A stretch of DNA of 64,000 nt from Gracilinanus agilis (lineage: Eukaryota): the NCBI RefSeq assembly GCF_016433145.1, contig NC_058131.1, positions 199,638,463 through 199,702,462 on the forward strand. The letters are read 5' to 3'. Position 1 is the first letter of the stretch. Every line of letters begins with the position of its first letter. Shown piece after piece: positions 52,013 to 64,000 of this stretch. Below the pieces are notes generated by a model. That model did not search any database. It saw only the letters and a list, made by a program, of their open reading frames with translations, and was not told the origin of the DNA. Position numbers and translations under genes: made by a program.

Positions 52013-53459
52013 GCCTTAATATGAATTTTCAGAAATCATTAGTGGACAAAAACCAATCTGCAGTTTTATAACAGTTGGTTTTGAGATGAAATTGATAAAA
52101 CCCTTAAGAAGAACATCACAGATTAATAAAGTATCATAGATTTTGAGCTGAAGAGGGATCGCTGAGGTTATCTAATAATTATTTAAGATCAGGATTTTGA
52201 AATCCCTTCAAAAGGGGAAGTAGTAGAGCTGGTAAGCTGAACCCCTTGATCACACATCCAACCCCTTCTAGAATTAATGTCCAATAACTAACTGACCAGT
52301 AGCCCCAAAGTCAGAGAATAGAGAATTAAGGGCAGGAGCCAGAATAAACATTATGACTCTATAAACCTAGAATAGAAGATGAAAAATGGAAGGCATCAAT
52401 TAGGCACATTTTAATTACTGACTGGGAAACCTGACAAAAACAGTTATGTAAGAAAAAGGAATGTGGATCTTGGAAAACAATGAACCCAGGATATTTCCTG
52501 ATTGATGAGGTTTGTGCACAGATCCAAGATGTTTGACCACAGTTAGCCAACTAGCATTTATTAAGTACCAGGGACCCTGCTGAGCACTGAGATGACAAAG
52601 AATGGCAGAATACCATTGGTATCCCCATGAGAACATCAGGTGAAATAGAGAAAGCCTGAAAAATCTCCTACCTGTGTGTATGTGATGCCATCTGACCTTG
52701 AATCACTATGTCTAAACTGTCTTTAAAAAAATTATGGTTATATGAGGGCTTGTGTTTCTTCCCTGGCCTGCGCTAAGTATAATTTGTGATGGGGCTTAAC
52801 TGTTTATAATGTTTTACTTTGGGTCCTAGCTCTGTATTACTGTCTTACTTTGAAAATGTTGCTTTTCTTCCCAAAATTAAATGAAGGATCTATGAAAGAA
52901 AGCCCTATTCCAGGTTCATTTGAATAGCCTATTTGGATCAGATCATTCACAAGACAAGTCAATAAGTATAAACATTAACCCTTAAAATTCATTTCTGAGA
53001 TCAGATGGAAATAAGTGCTCATCCCAAACAAGTATTTCCCTCAGATGTCAAAAAATACAAAATAAAATGGTGGAAGACAAACACTGAAGATAGAATTTAT
53101 TTTTAAATTCTAATAATAGGCATGCAGGGAGATTTATCATGTATGACTAGCTCTTATGATTTTTTTTTGTAATTCATAGAATCTCTTGAAATAGCAAATA
53201 CCTTGTAAAGAAATAGTATTCAAACATCAGTTAGACTTAAAATTCATTCTTGCTGAAATCAATCTACTAACAGAATATTTAAGAGTTTGGGGGGAAGAAG
53301 TATGTGTGTTATATGTGTAATAGCATCTGCCTTCAAGTATCTGAAGGACCATTTTGTACAAGAGCAATTTGTTTGTTTGTTCAGTTTGGCCGTAAGAGCA
53401 CAAAACTAGGAGCCATGAGTGAAAATTACAAAGTTGTAAGCACACAGCAAGCCTGACAA

Positions 53460-53974
53460 TTATAGATATCTATATGTGGAAAGGGTAGCCATGAGAGGGT
53501 TTCGCTTTGTTGCAGAGGGTGGTGGTCTTCAAGCCAAAGTTATATGGCGACTGGTTCGATTTTTGACCAAGTATTGATCAAACTAGGTCACCTCTAAAGT
53601 GATTCTTTTTTTGTGATTATGTGATTCTATAAACTATTACAAAACAATGAAATGTGTAAAAGCTAAGTGACTGTTTAGTGCTGTAAGCAGCACATCAGTC
53701 TCCTAAGCTGAAGGTCCTGAGTTAGATCTGGAAAGGGGGATGTGGTACAAGGGGAGAAGCTTCTAAGGCAAAAGAATCACTTAGCTTTTACCCTAGGGTC
53801 CATTATTCAGTCTGCAACTGCTAGTCTGGGATTTCCTTCAGGGTGGATTCTAACGGGAACAGGGAACAGATTACAAGCTTTGGGGGTCTCCAACCTACAA
53901 GCTATTCCTAAAATGTGGGGTTCATCAGATCTCACTAGGCCACAAGTTTGGGGTCTCTAGATTCCACGTCGACA
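53460..53974 (-). mobile_element. LTR of the TGTYGACGTGGAATCTAG family in a MYT1L intron
   Basis: Near-identical to 31749-32035. Left boundary approximate. Confidence 0.75.
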
Positions 53975-55878
53975 GAACACTGATTATCTAATAGGGTGTT
54001 GTGGAAAATTACAGGGGTGCTACAAGCAGATATCTTTTGGGCAGAAATAGTTTGAAACGAACAGAAAGCCATCTGGGTTGCTATGTCTGATGATTGGCCA
54101 AACTGAAGGGCCTTAGCAATCCAACCCAAAGTGCAAAGAATTGTTCAAGAAAATTCCCAACTCACTTCAGAACTTCCTTCTCTCTGGAAAGGAGTTCAGA
54201 GCTCACAGGCCAGTTCTTGGGAATGGTTGTAGCAGGTAGGTGCAATGGCTGCCCTCCTATTTATTCCCTTGTACCTTACTCAAAGCCCCAGAGCTTTGAG
54301 CAACAGATTTTTATTTACTTATTATGCACTCTGGTGTCAACCTGAATAATAACTTATAACCATCAGAGTAGCTTTAAGAACAGGTCTTCTAATCAGGACA
54401 AGAGAAAGAAATGATCCCAGACACCATGCAAAAGCCAAATGCTCTGGGATGATCCTGTCTCTGGAAAGAGGGACAGGAATAAAATTACTGGGAGTTTCCC
54501 CTGTGCTTATATAGGTTTTTGAAGAGAGGGAGAAGGTCATAGGCTCAGTCACCAGTTTGGGAATGAAGCACTAACCAGTCTATGGTGGCTTTGAGAAGCT
54601 TCCATGCAATAGCCAAGAGGCTAAAAATACTCAACAAGTAATTAAGGCTTTGGTTGTCCCTAGCTGAGTTCTGCTTGGGTGACTAAAAAGGCATTTGAGG
54701 GTTTATTGTTTAGCCTGGGACAAGGGTCCATCTGGGAGTTTCTTGAAGGGTGGTGGTCAGGAACAAAAATCAAATGGGGTTTCAGAAGTTAAATTGTCAC
54801 TAGGAAGCCCCTAGGAAAGACCAATCAGTAGGACAACTATGCCTAATGCATATAGAAGGATAAGAGTCTTTTAGCTAACTCTTTAGAGGGCATTAATGTT
54901 TCATTGGTTCTATTTACATCCATCTGAATCATCATCTAAGTAAATTCTACAGTGCCATCTAGTATGGGAAAGTATGTCCTCTTTGGGTGAGACCAATGGG
55001 TCAGAAGTTGGAATTTGGGGAATAACTAGTAGTATAAATTTTACTGTGCCTTTCCTGAGTTACCAAAATGAAGTGGGCTTCTTTGCCAACAATTATATGT
55101 TATGGCAGACTATCAAATCCAGCCCCAAACTTCTCTCAGTACCCCCTTTCAATGCCAAAGCATGGTACACTATGAGGAATTCTGGGCAATCTTTTGAGAG
55201 TTTTAGATCAATTAAAATACTACCATTCTGGTCAAACGCTGATAGCAAGCAGATTACAGCAAGCTTGTCACCCTGAGATGGTAATGGTTGATAGTCTAAC
55301 AAAGGGTTAGATGGATAACAATACCCTAAAACAGGTTAATATGATAATAGTTAAAATAAAAGAGGGAATTTTCTGGCAATGACTTCACAAATGAGGTTTC
55401 TTTGGGGAAAAAAATGAAGTCTTTTAGACTGCATCAAACTTTGTTACAAAAAAACTTCAAAGCAAGATGAATCTCAATAAAAAATTTTAAATTGAAAAAG
55501 ATGAGGAATTAACTTTTTTTAAGTGACAACCTTGCTTTATAAAACTCCAAATTTACCTTCTTCCCATGGAAACCTGCTTTCAAGAAACTCTCAGACAGAT
55601 CCTTTGTCCCAGACTGAACAACAGGCCATCAAGCTCCCATTGAGCACCCTGGATAGGAATGGTAGTGATAGCCAAGCCTTTCCTTTTCTTAGTTTCTCTT
55701 ATTGTATGTAGCACTCTCATAAGTGCCTTGGGCTACAATCTCTTTCCCAAGCCTCTACATAAAGAGGCAGTAGTTTATCTTTGGTTGTATTCTCTCAGGT
55801 AAAAATAGAACCCAAAGTTCTTTACTTCAACTGAAATTCCCATTTTTGGTTTTTTTTTACCCCAGCTATATTGGCCCT

Positions 55879-55950
55879 GTGTGGTGGTGGTGGTGGTGGT
55901 GTGTGTGTGTGTCTGTCTGTGTCTGTGTCTGTCTGTCTGTGTTTGACTGT
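55879..55950. repeat. Compound microsatellite (GTG)n(TG)n(TGTC)n
   Basis: Direct observation, ~180 bp into the intron after the 56131 exon. Confidence 0.9.
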
Positions 55951-56130
55951 GTGGTGGCCGTGTCTCCCTTGTCCTAATTAAAGATATGGTCTTTTGTAAC
56001 TGCTTTTGGTGTTTTTCCAGGTTGACAAAAGCAATAATAAACATTTATCTCGCCACAACTCAATGATTCTTGTGGTCTGAGTGAGAATGGAGAGGTGTGA
56101 CTGAAATTTAGGGCTTCGAAAAACTGTTAC

Positions 56131-56234
56131 CTGAGTTCTGAGCTTAATCATGTCAGCTTCCATCTGGGAATTGGATTCATTTAGCTCCTTGATTTCTTCA
56201 TCTAACTGTTTGATTTCTTCATCATTTTCTATAC
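56131..56234 (-). CDS. MYT1L: MYT1L coding exon: (G)[34 protein letters not shown]
   Basis: 104 bp, acceptor catcacag, donor gtaaca. The peptide matches the MYT1L C-terminal coiled coil rather than MYT1 or ST18 as recalled. Confidence 0.97.
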
Positions 56235-56753
56235 CTGTGATGATGAAAAAACAAAAGAGGAATAAATATTTTATTCCATTATCTGGATTACAGGAGTTTC
56301 AAACTGTTAGATTTCCCCACTTTTTTCATGATTAAAATGTATTTCCATGAGTTATACATAAAAATATGATAGGAAGCCCTTGTGAATTCTTGAACCTTTT
56401 GCTTTACCACTTCTATTTCTTCTCGCGAAAACTTTTCCAAATACAAAAATGAATTCAGTTGGGGAGTCATAGGAAATGCAATGCACTGAAAGATAAGATA
56501 AATGAATTCAAAGAAAAATAAATCAAAGACTTGAGGCTTTTTGTTTTTTCCAGATTAGGCAGAATTCATCTATGGCTTGGCAATCTACTTTAATTATTAC
56601 ACACCTATAAAATTAAGGTGCTGGATTTGATTTTCATTATGATTACTTATAGCTCTAAATCTATGATACTCTAATTACAAATATCAAAATTAACCAATGC
56701 AACATACACATGTATTTTGGAGAACAACAATATTTAATTTAAAACAGCTTAAA

Positions 56754-56970
56754 GGGCAGCTGGGTAGCTCAGTGGATTGAGAGCCAGGCCTAAAGAGGGG
56801 AGGTCCTAGGTTCAGATCTGGCCTCAGACACTTTCCAGCTGTGTGACCCTGGGCAAGTCACTTGGCCCCCATTGCCTACCCTTACCACTCTTCCACCTAT
56901 AAGTCAATACACAGAAGTTAAGGGTTTAAAATTTTTTTTTTTTAAAAATTAAAAAAAAATTAAAAAAAAA
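56754..56970 (+). mobile_element. Young SINE1_Mdo-like SINE
   Basis: Near-consensus body, flanking cagcttaaa duplication. Confidence 0.93.
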
Positions 56971-57065
56971 CCAGCTTAAATAGGAAGATTCTTGTTATTT
57001 CTTGCTATGGGACAGTGTGGAAGAAATGGCAGCATCTCAGAACAAAAAGTGAGAAAGCTCTAGGG

Positions 57066-57258
57066 CAATGGTTCCCAAACATTTTTGGCCTTCCGCCCCC
57101 TTTCCGGAAAAAATATTATTTAGCCCCCTGGAAATTATTTTTTTTTTAATTTTAATAGCAATTAATAGGAAAGATAAATGCACCTGTGGGCATCACCTCT
57201 CCCCTGGATCACTGTAGCACCCACCAGGGGGCGGTAGCACCCACTTTGGGAATCACTG
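57066..57258 (+). mobile_element. Intact hAT (Charlie-type) MITE, 193 bp
   Basis: TIRs CAATGGTTCCCAAA/TTTGGGAATCACTG and perfect 8-bp TSD CTCTAGGG (57058-57065, 57259-57266). Confidence 0.95.
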
Positions 57259-58376
57259 CTCTAGGGCCTCAGTTACCTCTCCTGTAAAATGAAAGGGAAG
57301 ATGCCCTAGATCTTCAATTAACATAGATAGGCACCTCCCAGTTCCACCCTAAGAAGTATTGGGTCAGACCCAATCTAATCTTCCTTTGAATTCCACACAT
57401 CATCCCTTGTACCCCTCAACCCAATGAATTACCTCATTCCTGATTCACCCCATCCCCTTTCTTATTCTGTAACCGCTATTGTCAAAGGGATAATAAAAAC
57501 CCAGACCCCATCTCCTTTGGGAGGCAGTGCTCCACCTGCACACTACCTCCTGGCTATTCGACATTACCTCCAAATTAATAAATCTCTTTTTTTTTTATTT
57601 TTGATGTGAGGGTACAGACTTCCCCTAGATACCCCAAAACCCCAGATTGTATCCCAGGCAAAGAAGACATTGTTAAAGTTAAGTACTTAATTTCAACAAC
57701 ATAAAAGACTCATTTTCCCTTACATTCCTGCAGTGCTAGGGAGGGTGAATTTGAGCTAAGAGGAAGATCCCCTCTGGCCTCTCCCCCCACCATTCTTAAT
57801 GAGCACAGATAGGCATCTCCCAGTTTGCTCCTGATAAACATCTACTTTATATTCCAGATACCTAATTATCCTCTAAACTGAACAGTTCACCCCATTTTTG
57901 ACTTTGAGTACCAGAGTTTTGGCTCTGTATCAACTATAATCCATTGTTCAGTCTAAGACAAAGTTAGTTTGGGACTTCTCCTAAAGGCACTTTCCCCAGG
58001 GACAGGGGCAAACTTGTAGTTCCAGAATTACAGTTGACACTACCAAGTTGCTTTGTGACCCTGGGTTTGGGTTATTAACTTAAAAACTCAGTTTCCTCAT
58101 CTTTTATATGCCAAATATAAAATAGCCCCTATATCACAGGGTTGTTGTGAGGGTTATTGGCACATAAGACTATAGATTTGGAGCTTGAAGAGAACTTAAA
58201 GATCATTGAATCCAACATTCTCATATTTTTTAAACTACAGATAAACTGAAGCAGAGAGGTGAAATAACCTGGGTCTGGGAGGGGTCACACAGTTATATTT
58301 AGTGTCTGTGAAAGGATTTGAACCCAGGCTTTCTTGACTTTGAATCCAGTGCCTGACACACTACAGTGATCTATAC

Positions 58377-59011
58377 CAGTGATGGGCAAACTTTTTAAAG
58401 AGGGGGCCAAAGGAAAGGAAATGCTCATCTATCAGTCTGTTTCTAAGGCAACTCTTTAGAAATTTCATTGTATTGTATCCTACTCATTGTATTCATCAGA
58501 TTAGTGACATGGGCATTGTGCAGAGATGGCAGGGACCCTGAACCCCTTAACTCAGGCAGGCTGTGAATAGGGAAATTCCCTTCCTCCTTCCTGCCCTTGT
58601 GATTCCACAGGCAAAGACCATTATCCTTGGACTTCCTTTAAGTTGAGATAGACAAAAGAGATACACATCAGATGCACACTGTCTCAGAGGGACCCTGCAC
58701 TCACTGAATGCCTGAGTGCAAGGAGTCACATCCACACTACTGGAAAGGAGACAAAAAGGCCAGAACTGGGGCACTCGGGGGCGGCCTCCCATGGCTGCTC
58801 CACTCATGCTGTCTTGCTGGCCAAGGATCCTATTTTAGTAATAAATCTTTCTTTTTACTTTTAAGCTAAGTTTGGAGTCCTCTCATTCTTGAGAAAGGTT
58901 TCCTTCCCAAACCCAGGGGTTCACCATTTGCACCCCTATAGCATTAGGAATAATGTGGTGTGGGTGGATAGAACATTTCAGGGGGCCGCAGCTGTAGTTT
59001 GCCCATCACTG
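58377..59011 (+). mobile_element. hAT MITE split by an LTR insertion
   Basis: Perfect 16-bp TIRs CAGTGATGGGCAAACT (58377) and AGTTTGCCCATCACTG (58996-59011). Confidence 0.9.
58505..58943 (+). mobile_element. Solo LTR nested in the MITE
   Basis: TG...CA termini, 4-bp TSD TTAG, AATAAA near 58840. Confidence 0.9.
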
Positions 59012-59297
59012 ACCACGGGCATAACGTATGTTTGTAAATGTACCAAACGTACTTGGCAAAATATTCCATGTACATTGTATATAAAGAATTTCGCAAACTT
59101 TAAAATGCTATACAAGAAAGAACCATTATTATTCTGGCTGCCTGGGTGGCTCATGAGTTCTTACATCATCAATGTTTTGATAATACATAAAGAATATTTT
59201 ACATTTTTGCTAGATGAACAATAGTCAGAAGAACAACTATTGGACCAATTGGTGCTATTTTCAGTTCAAAATTAGACAGTGTTATATTGTTAAAATC

Positions 59298-59811
59298 TGG
59301 CATGGGCATTGTACCCCCAAAACTGGGCAAACTGTAAACAGGGAAATTCCTTTGTTCCCTAACACCCTCATGACTCCCAACCCAAAACATCTGACCTGGA
59401 GGATTAACCTCCTTGGATGGTCACATTGATTTGAGACACACCTAATTCATCTGTCCTCCAAATCAAGGAACCACCTCCAAGCCTTCAGGCAAACCTCCCC
59501 CACTCCTTGCTTCAGGGGTTACCAATCTAGAGTCATTTCTTCACTGATGTAAAGAGTATAAAAAACCCCAAATTGATGCCCTCTGGGGGACAGCTTTTCC
59601 ATCCATGCTGTTCTCCTAAGGGACAGCTTTCCACCCATGCTGTTCCACCTAGGAGACAGGCTTCCATCTATGCTTCCCTCCTGGCCAGATTCAACATTAC
59701 TTTGCAAATTAAATTTCTCTTTTTATTTTTAAGCTAAGTTTTGTAGTCTTGCATTCTTGCAAAAGGTACCCTTCCTGAACCCAGAGGGTTCACCTCTATC
59801 CCCCCACAACA
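59298..59811 (+). mobile_element. Solo LTR related to 58505-58943
   Basis: Start tggcatgggcattg and shared 3' end (ttttaagctaagttt...cattcttg), flanked by AAAATC on both sides. Confidence 0.88.
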
Positions 59812-60139
59812 AAAATCAGTGCTTTACATGTAAAATCTATTATCAGACTGCTTTCCTTAGTGAGGGAATAGGGGAGGAGGCAGAGAATTTAGGATTAAAA
59901 AATATATCTTTTTAAATTTTTATTTAGAATATTTTTCCATGGTTACATGATTCATGATCCTTTCCCCGCTCCCCCCGCTTCCCTCTCCCCCTCTCTGAAT
60001 TAAAAAAATTTTTTAAAGTCGAATGTTAAAAGTTATTTTTACATGTAATTTGGGAAAAATATATTTTTTTAAATCATGATAATGCATACCCACTGATACA
60101 GTCATACCACTACTAGGTCGGTATCTCAAGATTTTTTAA

Positions 60140-60750
60140 AAATTGGAAAGGGCCTGCTTGTACAAAAATATTTAAAGCTGCTCTTTTTGTGTTGGCAAAG
60201 ATTTGGAAAATAAAGGGATGTCCATCAGTTGGGGAATGGCTGAACAAATTGTGGTATATGATGGTGATGGAATACTATTGTGCTGTAAGGAATGATGAAC
60301 AGGGTGATTTCAGAAAAAACAGGAAAGACCTACAATGAACTGATGCACAATGAAATAAGCAGAACCAGGAAAACACTGTACATAGTAACAGCAATATTAT
60401 GGAATGATCAAATGTGATAGACTTAGCTACTATAAGCAATGAAATGATCCAGAACAAATTCCGAGAGACATTTATGAAAAATAATGCTATCCACATCTCC
60501 AGAGAATAAACATTTGGAGTAAGAATATAGGTGAAAGTATGTGATTTTTCACTTGTTTATTTAGGTATATGTTTTGCTTTTATAATATTATTCACTTAAA
60601 AAAATGAACAACATGGAAATGTTTTGCATGAATTGCCAGCTCAGGGAGGGGAGAGGGAAAGAGAGAGGGAGACAATTTGGATCATATAACTCTGGAAAAC
60701 TTATGTGGAAATTTGTTATTGCATATAATTGATAAAAATACAAAATAAAT
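60140..60750 (+). mobile_element. L1 3' fragment
   Basis: gctgctctttttgtgttggcaaag...ggggaatggctgaacaaattgtgg motifs. Confidence 0.85.
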
Positions 60751-62686
60751 CACTGTATATTTTTGACAATATTACAGGTGAAAACAAGCACTACAAGCTC
60801 TAAACTTGAGTTTCCTTTGATTTATAAATTTAGTAACATGTATAGAAGCTTGGAAGTAGAAGAAAATAAGGAAAGAACCTTAGGAACATACAAAGGTAAC
60901 TCAATATCCCTTTGGAACTTCATTAAGTGCTTCCTCCCTTTGGGCACTTGGTGGTGTACCTTCATACCCGCTTTGCTTTCACTGTTGCTTCTTTTGCTTT
61001 TTGGCCCTTGCCTGTTTAATTGCTTTGTTAAATTTGTTGCCTCTCAGCTTTCCCAGGTTCCAGTTCCAGATGATGGCTCCTAAGCAACAAATATACCTCC
61101 AACCTCTGGATGCCATTGATGACCCCTGCCCCACCAAGAACACAAGCCCCTAAGCTCTTCCCTCATCCTGTCCCCTGACGCGTGCCCCTATCTCAGTTTT
61201 GTGTCCTGTGTTATTTGGAGTAGGGAATAATGTGGGCTGAAAGGTCCCACACATCCTGCCAAATACTGTACACAAAAGAACATGGAAACAATACTAGTTG
61301 ATTAGAATGGGGCCACCTTTCATGTAAGACAAATGAGTTGCTTAGATTCACAATTATAAGAACACTCCCCACATCAGTCTTTAGACATAACCTAGGGTCC
61401 TCGGTTGGAGCTGTTTCCTAGTCACACAGGAAACACACACACTCAAACAGGGCTCAATTTCCACACTCATTGCCTGCCTTAGTGTCTGTGCAGAAAAGAG
61501 CAAAACTTGCCCTAAACTTGCCTTGGGATCTCATTTACATTGTGATTTGCTTTCCTCAGGTGACAAATGGTGAACCATGGGTAAAGCCACACAGACAAAT
61601 GAATGCCCTTTTCCTTAGTAGCTAAGCAAGATGAAAGGCAATCCTGAGAACTCCTGCCCACTTTTTACCCTTGCCTTTCTAATCTCTCACTCTACCTTTA
61701 CTTTACCACATCTTTATCCTACCTTACTTATTCACTAGACTAGTTACTCTGTTACTTTTTCAATAAAACTTGTTTCCTCAAAATGAAGTTAATTTGAATC
61801 ATCAATCCATTCTTCGGGTGAGATCCAATAACCTTAACCTCATTATGAGTACATCATATTATCTTTTCTACATCCTTATTCTCTCTATGTGACATATCTG
61901 ACCACTCATGGTTTCACCAGTCCCCTCTACAAATATATCTAATAAGTGATCAGACAGCTTTTAATAGAAGAAAATCACAAACTCTAAAAGGCATTCTTTT
62001 GGAGATCTTTTTAATTCTTAGGAAGTTGTTTTTTGATTTATTTTGTTTTTTACATTAATCCTATATATACCTCTTTGAAACTTCCACTCATTGCTCAGTT
62101 TACCCTGTTGGGCCAAGTCAAGAAGACTAAACCCTATTTGGTATTATCCTTCAAACATATGAGGACAGTTATCGGGGCTCTTGTAAGACTCTTTTTCTCT
62201 AGGCAAAACTTCCCAATTTCCTGATATATATTCACAGTTTGAAATGAACTAATTTTAATTGTACTGACATCAAAGAATGAGGACTCCAGTACCTTTGGTA
62301 GAAAACTTATGAAACATTTATGGAACGACATGGATGTAAGTCACATAGTATGAGAAGCAGTGGCCAGAAGATATATTAATTTCAGGGAAATCACAGATTT
62401 ATATCAGTACTGAAATATGTTTAAATATTAATATTATATCCATAATTATACATTTGGATCAGATGTCATTTTATGTTAATGGTTATATCTTTAGGAAAAC
62501 TTTTAAAGTTACATGGATAGGCTATATTTCACAAATGTGGGCAAAGTTTCAAAGACTTATTAAAGTATTTATTTCAAATTTTCACTAAAAAAATCCTAAC
62601 AAGCATTTTAAAAAACATCATGTTCGTGTGGATATTGTATCCAATAGCATTAACTATCCAAGCCAACAAATATTAGGGAATAAAAA

Positions 62687-63180
62687 TGTGTAGGGAATAA
62701 TAGACTATGGGACCAAAGACCCTCCTTCCTCCCTTTCCCCCAGCACCTGCCCAAGCCTGGGACAGGAACTGCCACAGAAGCAGCACCTGGCAGAACATCA
62801 GGACTTTGCTATCAGGCCTAGGCAAATGACCTCCTACATAACTGACCATCACGCCTGATCTGAGAACTTCCACCCCTAGACACCTAGGTTCCTAACCCCC
62901 TTAGGGCCATGCAATCAACTCAACCCAAGTACTCCAACTTTGACCAATTAGAGGCAACACAGCTTACCTCTTTCCAGACAACCACCCTATAAAAGATTGC
63001 CCCCTTCTCCATCCAGGTGGAGACCCCTAGCCATCCACAGGCTATTCCCCCCACCCCACTGCCTCTACTACTGCTACCAGCCTCCTATTCTCCTTTGCCC
63101 CCTCCTTTCCTCTAATAAAACCTTATTGCATAACTCCACTCTTGAGTCTCATTTGCCTCTGGTCTAACCCCTATAAGCCA
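62687..63180 (+). mobile_element. Solo LTR with CCAAT, TATA and polyA signal
   Basis: ccaat ~62944, tataaaa ~62987, aataaa ~63114, TG...CA ends. Confidence 0.7.
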
Positions 63181-64000
63181 GGACTGACAGGGAAAAAATA
63201 CTGAAGTATACAAATCAGAGGGATTCTAAGTTCTGTGCTACCAATGCTACCCACTGTGTGAGCTTAGATAAATCATTTCATCTCTCTTAGTATTAGTTCT
63301 GAAAACTGTGAATTAAGGCGCTTAAGACTTGGTGGGATGACTCATACATCTAAATATCCTTTTTGGAGGGTATACTTTATTTGAATGGAACAGGGTAGGC
63401 AAAAGAATGTGAAGATATATGAAGAATCATAATAATGTGATGAATTTCCCTCCAGAGGAGGGAAACATGGTGCAAAGAATTTAGATGAAGATCAATAGAA
63501 ATAGAAATTGAAATCATAGTTCGTTTGGACAGAATGAGAAATAGATGAGGAGATTGGGAAATGGATCACAAGAATGGTGTGGATTGACTAAATAATCCTG
63601 TTGAAGAAATCAGTTATCCAGCCACCTATAGGAAATCTCTTTGTTATTCCTGCAAGAGTGTCCAAAGTTTCAGAGGAGGCTCAAGAAAAGCTAATGACAA
63701 CAAAAAAAGTACTTTTTAAATTTAAGAATTTCTCTTTATTTTATAGTTTTTTAAATTTCATTTTATAAATTTATAATTTTATAATTATTTTATAATTTCT
63801 TAAAAAAAGATCATGGAAGGGATAGTACTATTTGATTGTATGGATAAAAGGCTCATACTGGATGATAGAGAAAGCAGATCTGCTCCAATCTGACATTATT
63901 TCCATCTTCTCTGCCATAGAGAATGATACTTGGATTATAAAGGACAAAACAAAAATGGCTAATAAGAGTGAATACCCAAGAGAAATGGGGAGATCATAAC

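Noticed and set aside
55978-56130. Read-through [13 protein letters not shown]... after the MYT1L exon
   Set aside because: Canonical donor and in-frame next exon explain the structure; no evidence for an alternative C-terminus
56235-64000. Search for the next upstream MYT1L exon (SLSGCPRA...KQRASN)
   Set aside because: Not found in this interval; presumably beyond the window end

Overview
Marsupial genomic DNA, most likely an opossum such as Monodelphis (SINE1_Mdo-type SINEs, marsupial L1, LTRs and hAT MITEs). It is AT-rich and repeat-dense, with three N gaps. Two genes lie on the minus strand. (1) The 3' end of MYT1L: coding exons at 56131-56234 and 46608-46751, a terminal coding exon inferred to sit inside the N gap at 46018-46298, and a long 3' UTR. 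(2) About 18 kb downstream, a spliced RNase H1-like gene that the ORF track barely shows. It has five in-frame coding exons (24534-24624, 23702-23756, 21277-21361, 17902-18026, 16932-17006) with canonical GT-AG sites and intron phases matching cellular RNASEH1 exons 4-8, a polyA signal and a small CpG island upstream. The ~143-aa product has lost three of the four catalytic carboxylates and the catalytic His (human numbering, recalled: D145K, E186S, H264R, D274H) but keeps most RNA:DNA-hybrid contact residues, suggesting an intact pseudo-nuclease paralogue. Its start codon is unresolved. Human comparisons are from memory and repeat family names are from motif recognition, not database searches.
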